Origin: Negaprion brevirostris
Taxonomy: Eukaryota
Direction of reading: 5' to 3'
NCBI GenBank assembly: GCA_030324005.1
Contig: JARDVH010000073.1
Location: forward strand, 54,447,745 to 54,511,207
DNA: 63,463 bases
Made by a program: the position numbers and the translations under genes. Below, piece by piece: positions 62,277-63,463 of this stretch (the first letter of the stretch is position 1; each line of letters begins with the position of its first letter). A model generated the notes under the pieces. That model did not search any database and was not told the DNA's origin. It saw nothing but the letters and a program-made list of their open reading frames with translations.

Positions 62277-63463
62277 TAGAACATAGAACATTACAGCACA
62301 GTATAGGCCCTTCGGCCCTCAATGTTGTGCTGAGCTATGTTCAATCCCAAGATCAAACTATCCCACTCCCTATAATTCTGGTGTGCTCCATATGCCTATC
62401 CAATAACCGCTTGAAAGTTCCTGAAGTGTCTGACTCCACTATCACAGCAGGCTATTCCACACCTCAACCACTCTGAGTGAAGAATCTACCTTGGACATCT
62501 CTCCTATGTCTCCCACCATGAACCTTGTAATTATGCCCCCTAGTAACAGCTACATCCATCCGAGGAAATAGTCTCTGCATGTCCACTCTATCAATCCTTC
62601 TCATCATCTTACAAACCTCTATTAAGTCACCTCTCGTCCTCCTCTGCTCCAAAGAGAAAGGCCCCAGCTCCCTCAACCTTTCCTCATAAGATCTACCCTC
62701 CAAGCCAGGCAGCATCCTGGTAAATCTCTTCTGCGCTGTCTCCAATGCTTCCACATCCTTCTTATAGTAAGGTGACCAGAACTGAACATGATACTCCAAA
62801 TGTGGTCTCACCAACATCCGGTATAGTTGCAGCATAACCCCACGGCTCTTAAACTCAACCCCCTTTTAATAAACGCTAACACACTATGAGCCTTCTTCAC
62901 GGCTCTATCCAGTTGAGTGGCAACCTTCAAAGATCTGTGGATATGAACCCCAAGATCTCTCTGTTCCTCCACATTCCCTAGGACCCTGTAATCTGCATTC
63001 AAGTTTGTCCTACCAAAATGAATCACCTCACACTTATCAGGGTTAGACTCCATCTGCTACTTTTCAGCCCAGCTCTGCATCCTATCAATGTCCGTTTGCA
63101 GCCTGCAAGAGCCCTCCACCTCATCCACTACTCCACCAACCTTGGTGTCATCAGCAAATTGACTAACCCACCCTTCAGCCCCCTCTTCCAAGTCATTGAT
63201 AAAAACCATAAATAGCAGAGGACCCAGCACTGACCCCTGTGGTACACCGATGGTAACTAGCCTCCAGTCTGAAAATTTTCCTTCCACCACCACCCTCTGT
63301 CTTCTATGAAACAGCCAGTTATTTATCCGATGGGCCAAATGTCCTTCTATCCCACACTTCCTTATCTTCATGAGCCTTCCATGGGGAACCTTATCAAACA
63401 CCTTACGAAAATCCACGTATACAACATCAACAGCTCTACCTTCGTCCACACACTTAGTTACCT
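62277..63463 (-). mobile_element. Relatively young CR1 LINE RT and 3' end, running off the window
   Basis: [39 protein letters not shown] and LVRPHLEYHVQFWSPYYKKD. Three frameshifted ORFs, with tail TGTGCTGTAATGTTCTATGTTCTA. Confidence 0.92.

Noticed and set aside
45601-63463. TBXAS1 exon 4 (expected Y..GRR..V...PDM) and, upstream, exon 1
   Set aside because: No matching splice-bounded sequence was found by eye. They probably lie outside the window or in a gap.
1-63463. CRISPR arrays, operons or prokaryotic defence systems
   Set aside because: The sequence is vertebrate intronic DNA, with no regularly spaced repeats and no intact long ORFs.

Overview
Eukaryotic, repeat-dense vertebrate DNA, almost certainly from an elasmobranch (shark): it carries HE1/V-SINEs, Deu-domain SINEs and abundant CR1 LINEs. 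It comes from a gapped assembly with many nominal 100-N gaps. The only host-gene sequence I can support is two small + strand coding exons of thromboxane A synthase (TBXAS1/CYP5A1): 9834-9927 (94 bp) and 45548-45600 (53 bp), separated by an intron of about 35.6 kb nominal length. I did not find exon 1 or exon 4. The rest is intronic. It holds decayed CR1, CR1/Zenon-like, Rex1/Babar, L2, Penelope-like, Gypsy, PIF/Harbinger and hAT elements, SINEs and MITE-like pieces, plus a few repeat-free islands that may be enhancers. The most notable items are: (i) three families of minimal hammerhead ribozymes, including a compensatory U3-A8 core variant; (ii) a single-ORF LINE with a tRNA-like (Pol III A/B box) head and its bipartite short derivatives; (iii) a 385-bp near-perfect palindrome; (iv) a miniature two-LTR element. 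Repeat boundaries are approximate and were read by eye. Family names come from recalled motifs, not database searches.
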